Below, one piece after another: positions 1 through 12,400 of a stretch of DNA of 64,000 nucleotides (positions within the stretch are counted from its first letter, which is position 1; the number at the start of each line of letters is the position of its first letter). The translations under genes were made by a program, and so were the position numbers. The stretch lies in assembly GCA_964188305.1 (NCBI GenBank), contig OZ076894.1, one strand, 5' to 3'. Origin of the DNA: Podarcis bocagei (lineage: Eukaryota). Below the pieces are notes generated by a model, which worked only from the letters and a program-made list of their open reading frames with translations, ran no database searches and had not been told where the DNA came from.

Positions 1-527
1 TCATCTACACTGGTAGGAGTACTCAAGTTAAAAAATGTTACATTATATAAGAGACATGATTAAACTGAGGGTTGTTTTTTTTTTAAAAAAGGCCCAGTCG
101 TATGGAGGAATGAAGGTCTCCCCCCCCAAAAAAAGTGAGTATTTCATGTCCTTGGCTGCCACTGAACATCAAAATTATAATATACTAAACACTCTGAAAA
201 CATTAAACTTTTAAAAATAAAAGGAACCTCATGCCATTCTTGAAACTACAGTAGTACTATGGCATCTTCTCATTAACTGCATATGAGGAAATCCAATTGT
301 GTCGTGCAGTTATACAACTGAATAGATGCTTAAGAGAATTCAAATTTACAAAATATTGTAAAAATACAGATCTAACCCCTGTGATCTTGTCTCCCATTAG
401 CTGATCAATACGTGTTAATTCAAGCTCAATACGAACTGGAGAAAAACTGCACTGCTTAAAGGCTTCCACTGCCCCAAATCTTTATTTGCCAACCGGCAGT
501 GGATGAAAGAAAATTAGAAAGCCTCAC

Positions 528-790
528 CTGAAGTCTTATCAATCTGTCTCGTCACTTTTCAGCATTCCATAATATGAAGTATTCAACCTGGGTGTGCCAT
601 CTTTTATGACAGTCCCGCTTTTCTAAACTAGTGGGGATACTTACTTGCCTTATAAACCAGGATACAACAGCAGGTTGCGTGCAACGTGGTTGGCTGGTCA
701 TTGCACAATAAAGCTTCAAAACTGTTCCTTCTCCTCCTCCTCCCCCCACCCCACCCAAAACTAGAGAATTACATGCGCATTCATTCATGT
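528..790 (-). promoter_or_regulatory. Candidate intronic alternative promoter/exon or conserved element of the - strand gene
   Basis: Two - strand splice donors: CAG|GTGAGG (528/527) and CAA|GTAAGT (645/644). A G-rich tract lies upstream on the - strand (730-756). Hox/Cdx-type sites TTTTATGAC (602-610) and CAATAAA (706-712). More CpGs than the surrounding intron. Confidence 0.35.
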
Positions 791-1970
791 CCAGTTGCTG
801 CTCTACCCCTATTACAGAACGTTCTGAGAGAACAATGCTAAGCTTTTTCCCCAGTTAAACTACAGAGGATGCCACTAAACCTGAATAAGTGATATAGAGC
901 TCTAAGCAGAAATTAATAGCTTTCCACTCCAGTGGTGTAAATTAAGTACTAGACTTTATCCTGATGTTAAGAAATTTATATTCACTGGTAAATCTCAATG
1001 CAAAAATTAAACTAAATTTACTTTTAAAAGTGCTCCTAGTACAGGACAAAATGCGGACAATCAGCTAAAGAAATTATGAATTTATGAAACTTAATAGTAC
1101 AAAATTATAATTGACTATGTAGTTTAGAAATGAGGTGAGCTTTATTGATGCATTGTAATGAATCAGAATAGTTGCTTAATATTGAGACAGATATAAATTG
1201 CAATGAAATTGACCATCTCAAAGTAAATACAATACACCATATCTAATACTACGTCAAATTACAGTGACCTCTTAGCCTCAATAACTACTGAAAAAGAGTT
1301 AAGAAAAACCAGATGAATCCTACTGGATTCCCATTCTGAAATTACAGCAAGTAATAACACCTGGGGGGTCAGAGGAAATACTAGCAGCAGAACCCACATT
1401 TCAGTAACTGTGCAATATTGAAACATTTTGTGGTGAAAAGAATGGTACTATTTTAATTGTAGGAGAATGTACACTAATTTTTCAGTCTTACCGTAGTTGT
1501 TAATAATACACTTAACACTTTAATTGCACATAGTTCAATTTTTAAACTAACTTCAACAATTTGACATTTTGTGAAATTAGTAGCATGCTCCTCTTGTTTT
1601 TTCAGTAGTTATAGCCTATTGATATTAGATTAAAAAATAGAGATAAAGTATTACTGCTAAAGAAAATTTCATTACTTTTGCAGTTTCAGATTAACCAGAA
1701 TTTTGACACTCTATAAGCAAAATTCAGCCAACTGTATTTATACAGCACTACACATTCTTGTTTCTTTCTAAATAGCTAAAAGAAAACTTTTAAATTATAT
1801 TTTAAAGGACAAGGAATTAGTCATTAACCAAAATTCTTCTGCTTGATAATTTGTGTAAATAGCAACACTGTTTTAACATCACTTTGGTTTCAAAAATTCA
1901 CTTCAAAGTAATTTCTATATAATACTGGGGATGGGGAATTTGTGTTCATAAATCCTCTTGATATACGTAC

Positions 1971-2155
1971 CAGAGGCATCCACTAACTGAAGAGGATATA
2001 GTTGATTTCTGCCATCCCTCCTTCGCCCTCCCACACTAACTTCCACCCTGTTGGAGAGGATTCCTCAACTGTCTGGAGCTGATTTGGGGGGAGCGGTGGG
2101 AGAAGGGGGAATTGGCAAAAATTATCTCATCTTCTTCCATTAGCAGATGCCTCTG
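1971..2155. mobile_element. Degenerate palindromic (fold-back) MITE-like element
   Basis: CAGAGGCATCCACTAA (1971-1986) is an inverted match to TTAGCAGATGCCTCTG (2140-2155) with 2 mismatches. Imperfect inverted similarity continues inward. True ends may extend a little further. Confidence 0.55.
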
Positions 2156-2494
2156 TTGAATCAAAAGCCCTTTTGTGAGTGCAAGTGCAGTAATTGGATT
2201 CCACCCAATATTCTAAGTGCTCAAAACACTTCACATGTAGGATATCAGTAATCAGGACCTATACAAGATATCAGGGAATCCAAAGTAGAAAACAGCACCC
2301 AACACATTGAAATAATAACTGACTGATAATTTTCAGGGCATAAAGTCACATGAGACGCAGGTCTGGTCAATGTCTGGATGACTGACCACCTGGGTACCAT
2401 GGTATGAGAAAGGTGGGATACAAACATAAATAATTGCTGATGCCCAAATTCTGATTCAGCTGTCCTACCAGTGATTGTCTTGTTAAAAAGTCAG

Positions 2495-2615
2495 CATTGT
2501 TATTCCCACATTACAAAGCAAGCGTTGAGGCTGAAAGATAGTGGGTTGGCTAAGATCACTCAGTGCAAGTGTGGCTAAACTGAATCAAGCACTTCCTGAC
2601 TCACAGCTTACTCAA
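2495..2615 (-). mobile_element. Old MIR/CORE-SINE-like fragment
   Basis: TTATTCCCACATTACA...TGAGGCTGAAAGATAGTGG..TTGGCTAAGATCAC resembles the reverse complement of a CORE-SINE body. Highly decayed. Confidence 0.4.
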
Positions 2616-2625
2616 CTAACCAGTA

Positions 2626-2848
2626 CAGTGGTACCTCGGGTTACATACGCTTCAGGTTACACACTCCGCTAACCCAGAAATAGTGCTTCAGGTTAAGAAC
2701 TTTGCTTCAAGATAAGAGCAGAAATCGGGCTCCGGCGGCGCGGCAGCAGGAGGCCCCATTAGCTAAAGTAGTGCTTCAGGTTAAGAACAGTTTCAGGTTA
2801 AGAACGGACCTCCGGAACGAATTAACTACTTAACCTGAGGTACCACTG
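2626..2848 (+). mobile_element. Tc1/mariner-superfamily (pogo/Tigger-like) MITE, copy 1
   Basis: TIRs CAGTGGTACCTCGGGTTA / TAACCTGAGGTACCACTG, TA target duplication (2624-2625, 2849-2850), repeated internal TTCAGGTTA motif. A second copy lies at 27781. Confidence 0.92.
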
Positions 2849-3257
2849 TATGTTACCCAGAAAGGTCCAAAGTAATGATCAGCACATGTACGCTCACAAG
2901 AGAATTAAATCTTCAGTCACTTTTCTTTGCAATATTTATAACAAATATTGCACTTTTAATTCTTTGTATGCCACAGTATTTTCAAGGTATCAGAAAAAAA
3001 TTAATTCGAAATTAGACACAATGGTTGTTTCCTTCTTATTTTAAAACTCAGGCTGCTCATAGCAAGCAATGCAGTTATTTGTTATAGCCCAACTGTAACG
3101 TACATCCCACACCCAGTACCTATATGGCTGCAATTCTACACCCAGCTAAGCATACTGGAGTCCCTCCCATTAAAAAACCAGTGTGACTTAAACATTTTAT
3201 TGCAGCCATTACATGAGAATGCTATTAATTCTGATAGAACTTTTTTTTTTTTTTGGC

Positions 3258-3535
3258 AAGATCCTGAAATATATTTACTCAGAAGTAAAACCCATTAAAT
3301 CCAATGGTTTTGATTTTGGGGAAAGTAAGCTTAAAATTTCCGCCTTAAGTACATTATTCCATGTCTGCATTTCTATAATTAATGCTATTTAGCCATTTTC
3401 CTATAATGCTTTAAAATGCAAAGAAACTGACTAGTTTACAGACAGCTGTTTCTTCACTTGAGCTGCAAATCCTATACAGACTTACCTAGGAGTAAATACC
3501 AATTTAACACAATATGACTTCTGAGTAGACATTAA
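3258..3535. repeat. Copies of a short (~80-90 bp) palindromic squamate interspersed repeat (ATCCTAT..TTACT..GAGTAA..CCCATTGA..TCAATGG..ATAGGAT type)
   Basis: Decayed copies at ~3258-3345 and ~3462-3535. Related copies at ~6630-6720, 30355-30445, 34905-34975, 38445-38525, 43340-43420, 46255-46330 and 49780-49880. Family not named. Confidence 0.5.
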
Positions 3536-6500
3536 TATATAACACTGATACTGTAACATTACAACACTTTTTCCTCTGACAAACCAATGCAGTAACTTCA
3601 AGCGAACATAAATACTACACTATAGTTTATTCTCTTCCTTGTAGACTACATTGTTCATTAATATTTTAAATACAGTCATAGAAAAAAGAATAAATATCAC
3701 AGTGTTGCGGGTGTTTTATAAAGCTTTTATTCTCATAAGAAATGTAAAGTCCTATCTTCAAATTATTGTGGTAGTAGTAGTCTCATTTCTTTCAATGGCG
3801 AATTGCATCACCACAATAGCTTGTGCAGACATGCATTCTCAGTTTGTGTGAACACAATTTACACTAATATTGTCCGTAAGATCATAACACCCCACAAAGT
3901 TTGAGTGGAAAGAATATCAAAACAAAAACAAAAGCAGAATGCATGTTTGCATCCTGCAGACAAGTGCCCCTCTGATTAAATGAAAGGATGAAAAGTGTTT
4001 ATTGTACAGACTCTGGGTTGTGCATACATATACAATGACAGGGAAATAATATTCTGCTGCTTTACAAAATAGTATTTTGAAGTAAAGCCTGTTTTGTCGT
4101 ATGGTTCATCTTAGAGGGAAATACTCCTCCCCCCTCAAAGACAAACACTTGTTCACTATGTTTGCTTTTCCACACTTGAACACCAGTTTACTGCAATGCA
4201 TTACTATAATTGTAAAATAAAAAATAAAAAAATTCCGCATGGGATGACTCAGGAAACTCGGATGTTATTTGCATCCATGTGATCATCATATATCAGTGAG
4301 GCTGGATAAGGTCAAATAAGCAACATACTCGGACCAAGCTCTTCCAATAATCTTAATTTTAATGTGTTTGTTATTTACTCCTCAACTCTGAAATTAACAT
4401 GCATTCTAACTTTAATACACTAATATTATATTAGCACTGATTACCAATATCAAACTAATGAAACTTGTGATATTCAGAGTAAAACCATCAACCTGTCCTT
4501 TGTTTATGCTATAAAATATATATTATAAATATCCCTTATACCTAACCATAGTTTGGCACTAATAAAGTAAGTAAAAAGCAGGGTTTTTCTTCTTTGCTAT
4601 GACATTTCCTACATGAATAAATTTAAGAGTCTCTTTTTATGTGAAGAAGGTTTTCTACTAACTTTAATGTTTTGCATATAGAAAATATATATCATCCTGA
4701 TATTTAGAGTCCCTCTGCAAACAATACTGTTTCCATGCACATTCTAAGAACTCGTAAGGGAGTTAAGTGCAGCTACCCCACTAATATATAATATAAACAG
4801 AATCTGCGAAGACAAAGCAGTGCCACAGATTTATGAAACATATCACCTCTACCCCACAAAGGTGTCAAATATTAAACAAAGTAGTTTAGGGGACATTTCA
4901 CAATTGGGACATTTTTGTGGTTTTCTAATTGAATGGAACTGCACTCCTGAAATTTATCCCCCCCCCCCCCATTACTCAAGAACGGAATATAGCCTGAAAA
5001 TGGCATTCTTCAAACTATAAATCATGCAACAACATATTTAATATAAAATATAAGTAATGCCACATAAACAAGATCTCATATTACTGAAATGACCTAAGTT
5101 GACGTGTGTTAAAAGTGCCCTGTTTGTTTTTCTTGGGATCATATTTTACTTCTCTGCTTTATTTTAAAATGCTTATAGATTTCAGTCTTTTCTGCCAGAG
5201 AATAATTTTAGTGAACTGTATATGTGTATCAACCCCACTGTAAAATGTGAATATTTACTTTTTGTCTGGAACTAAATGCTGACAGAGCTGATAGGAATAT
5301 AGACATAGGAGAAAATATGCAAATTTCACAGCAGGAATTAGAGAAGCCACTAAACAGTTCTTAAAAGCAGTAGAAAAAGATAAACAACAACTTTCCTGTG
5401 TATTACCTTTCATCCCCAGAGTAATTACTATTAGCATGCAACAGATAGCCAGGTGACAAACTGATATAAGATTCTTTTAAAACATCATATTTCAAAATAT
5501 TTTTGAAAATAAATGGAAGTGCAGAGGAAAAAAAATAGTATTATCACAAATTGTTTCTTATATCTGTCATGCTTTGGTTTGATGAAGTGTACAAATCTGT
5601 CTCTAATTAGTGACTTAAACACCTGTATTGTCCCCCCTCCCCAAAAAAGAAACTTGTTTCCTCTTCAGTTTTTCTCTCAAGCTTCATTCAGGCCACAATA
5701 AGGTCAAAGTTGCATGACCCAGTGGTCTGAAAATCTTAGAAACCCTAACACTTGTTTTGAAACAAATGACTTCTCAAGATGGAGCAGTCTTACTATCAAT
5801 CACCAACAAGTTAATTCTACATAATAAGGCAAGTTTGGATGCAGACTGATATATTGTGAAATGCTGTATCCAAAACTGATTAGAACAACACTCAAAATGA
5901 ATACAGCCCTCCAAACCACTCCTTTTGCTCAGCCACATTAATCTCAATTATAAGAAAACATTTATGATAATGCCTGCTATGAAGAAAACATAAAATAAAT
6001 CAGGTTTTATAAGACAAAAGCAAGTCATTAGTTTCAGAACCAAAAAGGGGAGAGTATGTCGCTGCGGTGATATCCTCTACAGCATCTCTAACTTTCAAAA
6101 CCTGGCTTCTTAAAAACTGGTAACTGCCAATATTAAGATTATACTTAACATTTAAATATTTTTCAATTTTTGCCAGCCTTTAGGTCATTGCCTGTTAACA
6201 CCATAACTCAATAAAAAAACTAAAATCCTTTCAAACTTGCCACTCTCAAGCAGACAGTATGAATGGAAAACATAACTGAAACCTCCAACTTCAAAGAGTT
6301 ACTGTATATCAAACACACTTGACATAGTAGAGTTCTCTTAAAGCAAACAGATTCCTCACAATCAAGTAACAGAAGGTTTCTGTTCTGCACACCAAATGTT
6401 AAGATCCTCAATATACCTGTTACCACGACAAACCTCACAAACAGGTTAGAGAACCAAACCAAACCAAAGACAGAAAGCTATTCATTTACCTTGAAAATTG

Positions 6501-9500
6501 TAGCCATCCCCATGCATAAAATTGCTCTACTGCTGTATTAAAAAAGTAAAATGTCATAGATGTGTTTAAGAATTATGAAAATTAAAATGTGTATGAACTC
6601 TGCTAAATTACGAAAACCTTGTAATTTTAGGTCCCAATCTGAAAATTATCTATTCTGCCTTAATTCTGTTGAGGTCAATGGGACTACTTGATAGGGTCAA
6701 GATAGATTTAAAGATAGCATTTTTAGTCATTTATTCAGGTAATCCTGATTTTATGACCCTAAATTAAAGCCATTTTGGCTTTTTTGAGGACTACTCATTC
6801 CAATACACCATCGTATATAAGGCCTGGTGGTTCTCTGGGAACTGTGGACTTGCACTGGCAGTAGGATTTAATCTGAATATCAGTGAAACCAACAGCAGTG
6901 TTATATTGACAGTACTGGAATCTTGGACAAGGTTCTATGGAGGTCATAAACCTAAGCTTTTTTAAGCATACTATTTTTTCCCCCACCTATTGCATTCTTA
7001 AGAAAATATTAGAAAATGGCTAAGATTCAATATGACAATTCTTCCAGACATGGGGTGGTGATGGCTGCTAAATATAGAGTGGACAATAAGCATTTTTCAC
7101 TGGTTTCAATCAATAGTGTTGTGTTTCAATTTCACAATTGGATACTTGAGCTTCATTCAATTCAAGATGTTTTATTTTACTGACCTTTGAACGACAAGTA
7201 GCTATATTTTGCATAAAGGAGTGTTACTAATACGAGCTTGATACTGTATCATGAGTATGATTGCAGTCTCCTCCCTGTCCTATAAAATACTTTTCCCAGG
7301 ATACAATTTCTCCTGTACTTTTTCCTATACTATTTCTACTTACCGCAGCCAACCACTTACTCCTAAGTAGTCCTACTGAGCAGGAATTGACTCTAAATAA
7401 CTGGCTTGAGAATCAGAACCATAGTTCCCCTCTATTTCTTCACATGCAGGAAAACACTTCCTCCTTACTTCTTAGGTCAACAGAAATTATACATCGCACA
7501 TTTAAGCCTTCTATCTTCTAATTTATTGAAACTACTCTCAATCTACCACATTAGAAGTGCAATAACTTTAATTTACACCAACTATCATACTATAGACTCC
7601 AATGGGACAACAATGGCTTAAATCCAGTCACTTCAGTTTATTGGAGCAAAGGATCTCAAAGTGAGTAAGCAGTTGTTGACCATAGAGAAAGCAGAACATC
7701 ATAATACAGTAAAAAAGATTTCCTAGATTCTGATATAGGCTGTGTGTATGGTCAAGAGTTCTTATAGTGGCCTAGATGCCCCCACCCTTGCCAGGATATG
7801 CTAACTCTTAAGCATATATGTGCATTTTAAGGGGGTTTAAAATTGTTAATTCTGAACACCTTCAGTATGCATATCTGTATGAGTGCATCACTATAGGTAT
7901 CGATGCATTATAGTTATTGATGCATACTAGGGTTCATACCCAGAAAATGAGCATTTTTAATTGGAGCGCAAGCATTCTTTTGCAGTCTTACTCAGAATTA
8001 AGTGCTTCTTAATCACCTACAGTTTACTCCCAAGTTAAGCAGGAATCAGCCTGCAGTCCTAAATCTGGAAATCAAATATGTGAAAAACTGGATCTCTCAA
8101 AGACATGTTTTAAGGCATTATATGCACTGCTTTAAAACTGCAAATCACAATACAATCACAGCACTGAGATTCCGCATACAGAAACATAACAGGCACATAT
8201 TACAGAAATATATTCTGATTTACCATTAAAGTTATTTTGAGATTATGAAACTTCAGATAACAGGTAGTGAACGCATGGGAGAAAAATACTTTGCAATTAA
8301 CATTCTATAAGCAATTTGTGATTTTGTTCAGACTAAACATATACTGCAATCTGATCTTCTAGAGTATAGACTTCTCTTTTGTGCTTGCTTTTTTGACAGT
8401 TTAAAGAAAGATCAAAATACAGTTTTTCTGTTACTGCACAGTAACAAAAGACTAAGTAAAGTCTGAACGTCCAACTTCCAGAGACCACCCAGTGGATTCT
8501 GCTACTGTCTACAAAGGTTTGACAAATACGTTGTCAACAGATAAGAAGTGCACTGCTATGAAAAGAGACAATCTTATCCATACAGATCACACCACAGATA
8601 ACAGAAACCATACCTAAGTCTACCACAAGTTAAGCCCAGGCTGGCATTTATACTCCTTCAGTTTCCCTTACACACTTGCAAATAAACGTCTGGAGTAATG
8701 AAGGGAGAAGGAAAGAAATGAAATTGCTATGAAAGCAGTAGTTTTGTGCTAAATCTAAAGTATAGAGTCCAGTAGCGTAGAAGACTAGATTTTTGCTAGC
8801 TTAGGAGGGAAATGTTTCGGATAACTAATGCGTATGTACACCTTGCGTGACCAGAGAAGGTCGATAAATCAGCAAAGCGCAACCTACTGAATCCTAAAAG
8901 GCAAAATTCTCCGCTCGCCCTTAGAAATTAAAGGACGCTGGAACGACGACGACACCACGTATGTCAACAGACGAGTGTCCTAGTCAAGGCAACATTTCTG
9001 TCTTGTCTCGCACGAGGTGGCGGCTGATCAAGTTGAAGCAACCATCACCCCCCCCCCGCCCCCCACACGCTCCCCAAACACGCAATGCTACCCTTCCTTC
9101 TGCGCCTCTTGCGGTGTCCACAGTCTCAGAAACATCTATACTTCGCGGCGGCGGCGGAGCGCTGCATCGCTTCCACAGGGCACCGTCAAGACCCACATTT
9201 GGCACCAAACGAAAGTCGCTCTGGGTTCTCTTGTCTCTCTCGCCCCCCTCCCCACCCCCAACTGCGCCCGCTCGCCGTCCCTGCTCCTCTTCCCGCTGAC
9301 AGGCAGCGAAGCCTCCGGCAGAGAGAGAGAGAAAGAACAAAAGCCCAAACCAAAAGAAAAAAAGTTTCCAGGCGACTCAAGGGGAGCTTTCCAAATAGGC
9401 GAGAGTTCAAAGTGAGGGAGCAGGGAAAGGAAGCGGGGAAAGAAGGACCCCTTTTCTCCCCCACCCCCCGCCCCGCCGCGCGCACCGGCTCCTCATCGGA

Positions 9501-9569
9501 ACTCCTCGGTACCTCAGCCTGGGACGCGGGCACTAGGACCAGCAAAGCGCGCGAAACGCAGCCACTTAC

Positions 9570-9900
9570 CCAGGGCGCCTTAGCGCGGACTCTCTCCTCC
9601 GCCTTCTCTCCTCAGTTAGCCCAACAGCGCCGGGAAGAGCAGAAGCAGCGGCAGCGCACGCACCATACACTTTGCCAAAAACGGGGAGCGGGTTGAGGGA
9701 GAGAGAGACAGAGAGAGAGGGAAAATCGCGGGAAAGGGGTGGAGAATGAGGGGAATTGGGGGGGGGGGAGAAGAAAAAGAAAACTGTTACAAGTTCCTTT
9801 CCCTGTCCTGCCAGGGGCTGAAGAGAAGGGGGAGGCTGAAGAGGGAGGGAGGGAGGGAGGGAGGGAGAGAGAGGGGCAAGCCCCGAGGAGTTCACTTTCC
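9570..9900 (-). other. Probable non-coding first exon (5' UTR); the 5' boundary is uncertain and could extend to ~10235
   Basis: Consensus donor TGG|GTAAGT with the exon ending at 9570, inside the CpG island. The leader is pyrimidine-rich on the - strand. No ATG-initiated frame stays open to the donor from the ATG at 9666. Gene identity not recognised. Confidence 0.7.
9616..9666 (-). other. Upstream ORF, 16 aa (MVRALPLLLLFPALLG*)
   Basis: ATG at 9666-9664 with +4 G and -3 T, TAA at 9618-9616, inside the putative first exon. Confidence 0.5.
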
Positions 9901-12117
9901 GCAGCTCCCCGGGCTACTCGTCTTTCTCCTGGCAAGAGTCGCGCGCGGGGAGTTTATTATTATTTTTTCCCGCCCTCTCTCAAGAGATGGAAGAAAGCGC
10001 GAGGACGACCCCCAAAAATAAAGTGCCACAGAAGGCGGGGGGAGGGAAGGGGGGAGGAGGAGGAGCAGCAGCAGCAGCCGGGAGGATCTAACTATAAAGC
10101 GAGGGGGGGAGACCCCAAAGGGAGGCTCGGCAGAGGCAGCCGCTTCAGCTCCTGCCTTCCTCGCCACAGAGGGGGAGAGAGACGCACACGCGAGAGAGGC
10201 GCCTACCATAAAGCGAGGGGAGGTCCATCCCCCTGGCCGAGGCGCTGGGGAATGGACTTGGCCATTTATAATCCCCGGCTCCTCTGCCCCGGCATTTGGC
10301 AAACGGGCAGCCGCTCTCCTTGCCCGAGCTTTTCCCGCCAAGGCGCCCCTTTTGCTGCCTTCTGCTGTCAGATGGACTGAACCACCTCCGCCTCGTCCCC
10401 TTTTCTCTTCCCCACTGCCTCCGTTGGTTAATGTAAAGTGCCGAGGCTCCCATGCTGTGTCCAATCAGTGCATCTACCACTAGTGCCATGATTTAGGGGT
10501 CATCCGTGAACAACACTTCACGCTGATGAATGGCTCTTTGCAGCTTTCTGCCCTGATGAGGGTGTCTGCGTGCCGCTGATTGCAAACACTAATGAACTTA
10601 CAGATCCTCATTATACATGCGCCCAGATCCGCCGCCTGAACGAGGAGAGGGACTCGGGTGTGCACCGCTTGCGATTCGGGTGGAATTTGCCTATTTATCT
10701 CTCCACCTATCCTTATTTATACGTCCTAGAGGGTGGTGCGAGAATAACTGCGCTAAATGTTTGCACTTGACCCTGTGCTCTTCAGAGCGATGGGAAGGGC
10801 GCTGCTATTCTTAGGCAATACTTTGGTGGTGGCGCGTGTTTGTTTTTCTTCTAGTTTCTCCCCCCCCCCCCCACTTTTAATTTCCCTCCTCTTGGCTGTT
10901 GTTTCATAGGCTGGGCATGTTAGGTCAGCTGAGTCATTAGAGCGAGGGTGGCTAAGCAAATGACTGCCTCCGAGATTGATGATGAAGCATAGCAGAGGGC
11001 TGTAATTAAGGCTGCCATCCTAGGCGCACTTCGGAGTGAGTCCTAATGAACTCTGCTGGGATTTAGCGCCGAATGCAAAGGCGCAGGGCTGAGTTGCACG
11101 GCTACGCAAGCCTGGAAGTCGGTCCCTGTCTCATTTCCTCTTAATGACCGGCGGGTTTTGGACCAGCCCTCCCTCTGAAATTTAGGCGCGGGAAACGCGC
11201 TCTTAGCTGGGACGAATCCTCGCTCACTTTCTCTCGCATGCACCCGGACGCGCGCTCTTGCCTCGTTGGGCTACGCGGCATCTGCTGGGCAAGAGACGAC
11301 TCCGCCAACTGCCCGCTCCGAAGCTGAAGTTTACACCGAGACTCCCGTCCGCGTCCGCGTCAATTCTTTCTCCCGCCCCGAGGAAGATAACATGCCACGT
11401 CTTCTCTCTCGTCTCCTCTTACGCCTCCCTGTTAAGATCCTATACAGTAATACTTATGTATACCTTATTTTCTTGGTGGTGCGGATATTTTCTCTCTTTG
11501 AGGCTGCCACACTAACCTCACTCACTTGGGAGAAGCCACTTATTTCTCAGTTAATATTCCTAGGTGACTGCGCCTTTACAGGGAGAAATGGTCTGCTTGA
11601 CATCCTAGCATTTCCTTACTCCTTGCGTCCTGTGTAACACAGCAGCCAGAAAGCCGTCCGCCGTCAAACCACACACACATATACACGCTTCCCCCCCCTT
11701 GCCTTCCCAGGTTTCAAAAACTTGTGATGGGGAAGTGTATTAAATTCACAAGAGAGGATGTACATGCAAACAGATACAGACAGTAGCGTAACGCTCTTGT
11801 ATCGTAATACATTAGAACCATGTAGAATCGCAGAGCACCGAGCTAACTTCCGAGCTTCACAGAACTCTTCGTCAGGATCGAGGCTCAAAACAAACAAAGT
11901 AGGTGGGTGGGTCCGTGGGTGAAAAGCAGGTGTGTGTGGAGTAAAAAGTGCAGCAGGCATGGCAGAAGGCCAGTCTGCCATACAGGGAGCTAGCTCTTCG
12001 AGGGCGAACAGGTAGGTTTGTGGCCACATACTGAGCAATCTCGGTTGGGCTGCTGTCCTGTGGTGGCCGGTGCCTGCGATGGCAGCTGACTTTTTCCTTC
12101 CAAAAGACCTCGCTCAC

Positions 12118-12400
12118 CTTGTCGGTTAACGAATGTGGGCACTACTCTGACCACGTAAAATCCTCTTTCCTGACTGCGCCTTGCAAGCAAAAGGAGTGAC
12201 ACACTCGTGTTTAAACGCCCTTCGGTAGGTGAAGACAGCAGGAAATTGGGCAGCACAGTGATGAAACAAATCTCTTCGCCACGACAGGGGAAGAGGCACG
12301 ACGCCCTCGTAATCTAAACAGCCCGCTCAAGTTCCGAGGCTGCCAACCCGCTCGTGTGAAAAGGGCACTGAAATTACCAGTTGGAGAGAGAGGCGCGTGG
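12118..12400 (-). other. Candidate alternative upstream first exon
   Basis: Strong - strand donor AAG|GTGAGC (12118/12117) in the distal lobe of the CpG island. The 5' boundary is a guess. Confidence 0.35.

Noticed and set aside
583-600. ATGGCACACCCAGGT (MAHPG) on the - strand resembles the start of sauropsid BCL2
   Set aside because: Immediately followed by TGA, and no BH4-like sequence follows.
2626-2848. Spaced short repeats (TTCAGGTTA) superficially like a CRISPR array
   Set aside because: Eukaryotic DNA, and the repeats are short, irregularly spaced and lie inside a TIR/TA-bounded MITE.
9570-9900. Assigning a gene symbol to the CpG-island gene
   Set aside because: No coding exon lies in the window and I do not recognise the 5' UTR. 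A BLAST or synteny check is needed.
8961-10489. Many overlapping 100-213 aa ORFs on both strands
   Set aside because: Low-complexity R/G/P/S/E translations typical of a GC-rich CpG island, with no recognisable domain.
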